From Octopus vulgaris (Eukaryota): a stretch of 64,000 nt of DNA. The DNA is taken from positions 95,356,001 through 95,420,000 of the forward strand of contig OX597823.1 in the NCBI GenBank assembly GCA_951406725.2, read 5' to 3'. The position numbers were made by a program, and so were the translations under genes. Positions 59,501-64,000 of this stretch are shown piece by piece. The notes beneath the pieces are model-generated. The model saw only the letters and a program-made list of their open reading frames with translations, searched no databases and was not told where the DNA came from. Position 1 is the first letter of the stretch. Every line of letters starts with the position of its first letter.

Positions 59501-60755
59501 TTGCATGTGTGTATGTGTGTGACTCTCTCTTCCCTTTTCTTCACTTTTTAATTTGCTCTCCCTTCCTCTCACCTCAACTTCCTATAAAACTCCTGTTTAT
59601 TAAATCTATTTAAACGCTTCAGCCAAATGTAAGTTTTGTATTATTCACTTTTCTGTCTGAAGAATTTCTAATAGGAAATCTCTGACATGTTTATCAAACA
59701 TGTAAAACTTTGTAATTCCTACTCACAAACGAAATGTGTATAATGGGGAGTAAATAATACCAAAAAATGTTCCAACTTCCTGGTTTGTTATAATATAACT
59801 CTGCAAACAATATTTCCAGAATTTCCAACTCTCATTTGTACCTCGCATCAATACAACAACAATAACATACTGGATTGTAATAATGGAATAAGCAGATGCG
59901 ATTCAAGAAGAAACAGCTGCGATTTACCCTACCTACCTACATAATGTGTGTGCATGTGTATGTATATATTTATTTATATATGCTTTGTTTCTATCTGTTT
60001 TCTTTCTTTATATAACCCTAACCCTGAATGACCTGAATCAGGGGTGGATTATATAGAAATGACGCTCTTTTCCCTATCTGTATGACTAATAAGGTTAATC
60101 TAGAAAGGTCCCTGAAAAAAACTTCTTCAATTCTTTAAGCATCTCGGCCTTCTCTATCGCGAGAGAAAATCATCATACTAAGGTTAACTTCTTTTATGTT
60201 ACTGTGGATGTCAGTACTGAACTACACCAACCGTTTCATAGACCGAATGTGTGTTTCAGGTAAGTGAGTAACACTTCTAATCATTCTAGGAGCATCATAG
60301 ACTCTATTGTTAAAAATATATCAAATCGTATTTCAAGGCTTTCTGCTAATGAGGACGGATCTGCACAAAATCAAAATTACTATAACTACGCATTATCCGA
60401 AGTTTGGTATAAGGACAAAATTTGTTATATCCAGAATTAGTTTACTAATAAAATTCCTGGAAATGATAGAATATTAAATATGATGGAACTTGGTAGCGAC
60501 TGAACAAAAAAATAAAAAAATTAGTAGAACGAGCAATCTTATTTAATTAAGCTAAATAATAGCAAAAATAATGAATTGAAGATCAACATATGATTAACAA
60601 GCATAGATTCAACCCCATAGATACTAAATAAATGGTTGGTATAAACATTAACAACAACAATAACAATAATAACAACAACAGCAATAATAATAATAACAAC
60701 AATAATAATAACAACAACAACAGCGACAACAACACTAACAGCAACAACAATAGTA

Positions 60756-60916
<161 letters not shown>

Positions 60917-60956
60917 AATAATAATAATGATAATAATAATAATAATAATAATAATA

Positions 60957-61512
60957 GCCCTGATGCAGTACCAGACAGTGGCTCTCGTGGCTTCTGATCT
61001 TAACTGATTGGAAGTGTTATCATGTACATTGTTTTGTCTTGGTATAAAAGATGGGCTACAGCAAATATTCTGCTCAATACCACAGATTTGCTTGTCAGTT
61101 GTTTGACCGTAACCAGTTGAGCATGTCCCTTAGTGGCTGACGATATGTGCATCTCTGATCACGAGCAGAAGTAGTGGGGGAGCATCATAGCCATGTGTTG
61201 AGAGGGATTCTTTGGGGTTTGAATAATTCACCTCTGGAAACATGGGTGGTTCTTTCAACATCATTAAACAACCCTTATTCAGGGACCTTTTGAGCGGGAT
61301 GGGCTACTCAACCTGAAGAAAATTCTAACTGGGCCCCACCTGCAAGGTCATGTGCTGTTTATCTTGATATGAGATCACCATGTTGCGCACATATGGTTGT
61401 GATGCATGTGCCTGGTGTACCCTTATCAGACGGTTAGTCATGATGGGTATATTGGGCTTCGTATATTTTACCCCAGTGTCACTTTGATGGCATGCACTGC
61501 TCTCTCTCACTC
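60957..61512 (+). mobile_element. Non-coding (TAA)n-embedded repeat, 556 bp
   Basis: Near-identical to the reverse complement of 45648-46120; (TAA)n on both sides. Confidence 0.75.
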
Positions 61513-61596
61513 AATAATAATAATAATAATAATCTTATTTTGTGTATCTTCACAAAATATTAATATCTAGCTAAATTTATATTGAACTGAAACTCC

Positions 61597-62519
61597 TGCT
61601 AAAAAGAGATGGATAAAGAAAGGAATGCGGCTGTAATGGAGTACTACTTTCTGGGTAATCCGAGAAACGATAATGAAGTACCCGCTAGGGGATATAGAAA
61701 AAGAATGCACAGGTTCATGGAGGTAAAAGGTAGGTAAAAAAGAAGAGGCGATGAAACGCGCAATGGGAGAAAAGGGACAAAAAGGAAATACAAAGAGAGC
61801 ACGTCAGGTCGAAGAGAAACGCCTGCATGGCCAATTTTGGAGAGCCACTGAAGACGTATGTGGAACAAAATACACACACACACACGTACTTTTATATGTG
61901 CACATACTTGTGTGTCGTCTGTACTGTTTATCTATATATAATTGTGATAATTTGACGCAAACATTTAAAAAATGTTGAATCAACGTCTCTTTTAAATACA
62001 AGCTGAAAAGAAATAGTGAAAGAAAGAATAATGTATTCATTGAAACCAGAGGCGATGAAGAGCTTAGCAGCCGACCCACCAAAGTTACTTGACAGGTTTC
62101 CAACTGTTTGGTATTGGTTTGAGAGTTATAAAATATTAATATTGAACAGGCACAGACATGGCTGTTTTGTAAGAGGTTTGCTTCCCAACCACATAGCTCT
62201 GGGTTCAATCCCACCGTGTGGCACCATGGTCAAGTATTTTCTATTATAACCACGGGTCAACCAAAGCCTTGTGAGTGGATTTGGTAAAATGAAACTAAAA
62301 TAAATTCGTTTTATATTTGTGTTTGTCTCCTCTCATTCCTCGACAACTGGTGTGTTTATGTCCCTGTAACTTAGAAGTTCAGTTAAAGTGACCGATAGAA
62401 TAAGCATTAGGCTTTATAAAATGAGTCCTAGGGTCCATTCATTTGACTACAACTTCTTCGAGGTGATGCCTCAGCATGGCCGGGCTCTAATGATTGAAAC
62501 AAGTAAAAGATAGAAGATC

Positions 62520-62555
<36 letters not shown>

Positions 62556-64000
62556 TTGTGTGTGTGTATCAGGTCACCCCATAAGTTCTGTTGGTCACCC
62601 CATAAGTTCTGTTGGACTTTACATTTTTTAAAAGTGAATGAAATTTAATAGTATTTTAGAATGTCTAATGGAATTAAAAATTATTTTTATGCGTTTGTGT
62701 AAATCTAAACTAATTAAATATTATTTTACAGAATAATAGAATTAAAATGTTTTTGATTAAAACCCTTCGTAATCTCAACTCTTCATGGATTGATTATAAA
62801 AAAGCCTTTGACAGCATACCACATTCGTGGATTCTGGAATCGCTGGAAATCGCTGGACATTTTCAAAATTTCTCCTGTGATTTCAGATTTTTTAAAGTAT
62901 ATGTCACTATGGAACACGAAGCTCTAATTATATCATTCTAATGGAGTATTGCACTCAAACAATATTAGCAAAACCTGTGGCATAAACTGTGGCATTTTCC
63001 AAGGTAACTCACTTTCACCACTAATTTTCTCCATTGCACTAATACCACTCTCAAGTGAACTGAATAGAACCGCTTATGGCTACAAAATTGACAACAGGAA
63101 AATAAGCCATCTATTTTATATGGATTATTTAAAACTATGTCAAAGATGATGAAGACCCTGAAGGACTACTACATACTGTGAAAAGATTCAGTGATGATAT
63201 CGAGATGGAGTTTGGCCTTGAAAAGTGTGCCAAAGCCACTTTTAAGAAAGGGAAATTGGTAAAGTCAAGTTTAATCGAATTAGATGTCGAACCAGTAATA
63301 AATGAACTTGAGCAGGAACAAACCTGTAAATATCTAGGAATAAATGAAGGCCCTGGTATCCAGCATGCAAGCATGAAAGAGAAGGTTAGGAAGGAATGTT
63401 ATAGAAGAGTTCGAGCAGTCCTGAAGTCAGCTGAATGCATATAATAAGGTTTTAGCCATAAATTCCTTAGCAGTACCAGTTGTTCTTTATAGATTCAATG
63501 TGCTTAACTGGAATACCAGTGAAATAATGAAAATTGACAGAAAAATCCGTAAGCTACTGACTTGTAATAAGATGCACCATCCAAAGGCAGACGTGGATCG
63601 TCTTTACATTCCCAAAGCTCAAGGAAGTCGAGGCTTGATCCAGCTTGAACTTACGTACAAAACCACCACAATCGGACTGCCCAAATATCTTGAAACAACC
63701 AACGTTTGGATGCTAAAACTTGTTGAGAAACATGAAAGACTGTAAAGATTTCACTCTATTTTCAAAGAGAGCAAAATATTTGCTACTGATCTCTTAGATA
63801 CCTACCAGATTGATCAGGTTGAAGGAAATGCGCCAACTGCTGCTGCAAAGAAAATAAAATTAATTGCAAATTAGCTAGCAGATGGGAACAGAAACCTCTG
63901 CATTGCAAGTATGTGGCCCGTAGCAAACAAGCTGATGTCGACCAGAAACACACGCACCAAAGGTTACAAAGCTCAGGGCTAAAAGCAGAGAGTGAAGGAT
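61597..64000 (+). mobile_element. Duplicated copy of the degraded family-2 LINE region (inside the segmental duplication)
   Basis: Colinear and near-identical to about 3865-6087. Confidence 0.8.

Noticed and set aside
60340-60415. Hammerhead-like CTAATGA...TCC-GAAG
   Set aside because: Two core mismatches and a poor stem I; too degenerate to call

Overview
AT-rich, microsatellite-dense animal genomic DNA. The SINE and microsatellite content resembles Octopus, but that host call is an inference. The window holds parts of two tandem minus-strand copies of a spliced SLC22/Orct-type organic cation transporter gene: copy A exons 1-7 (33386 down to 7005) and copy B exons 8-10 (58718 down to 49969). 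All exons have GT-AG borders and compatible phases, and together they give a 553-aa protein. A near-identical intron-7 block at 3.3-6.1 kb and 61.5-64 kb marks a repeat unit of about 58 kb. The rest is transposon-derived: R4/Dong-type RLE LINEs stacked head-to-tail in (TAA)n tracts, a Penelope (RT + GIY-YIG) element, CR1-, RTE-, Tx1- and CRE-like LINE relics, mariner/Tc1 relics and tRNA-derived SINEs. The main signal not visible in the ORF track is about a dozen type I hammerhead-ribozyme motifs, five with canonical cores, from several distinct Penelope-type repeat families. They include a mirror pair inside a 590-bp palindrome, and several are in sense orientation within the transporter introns.
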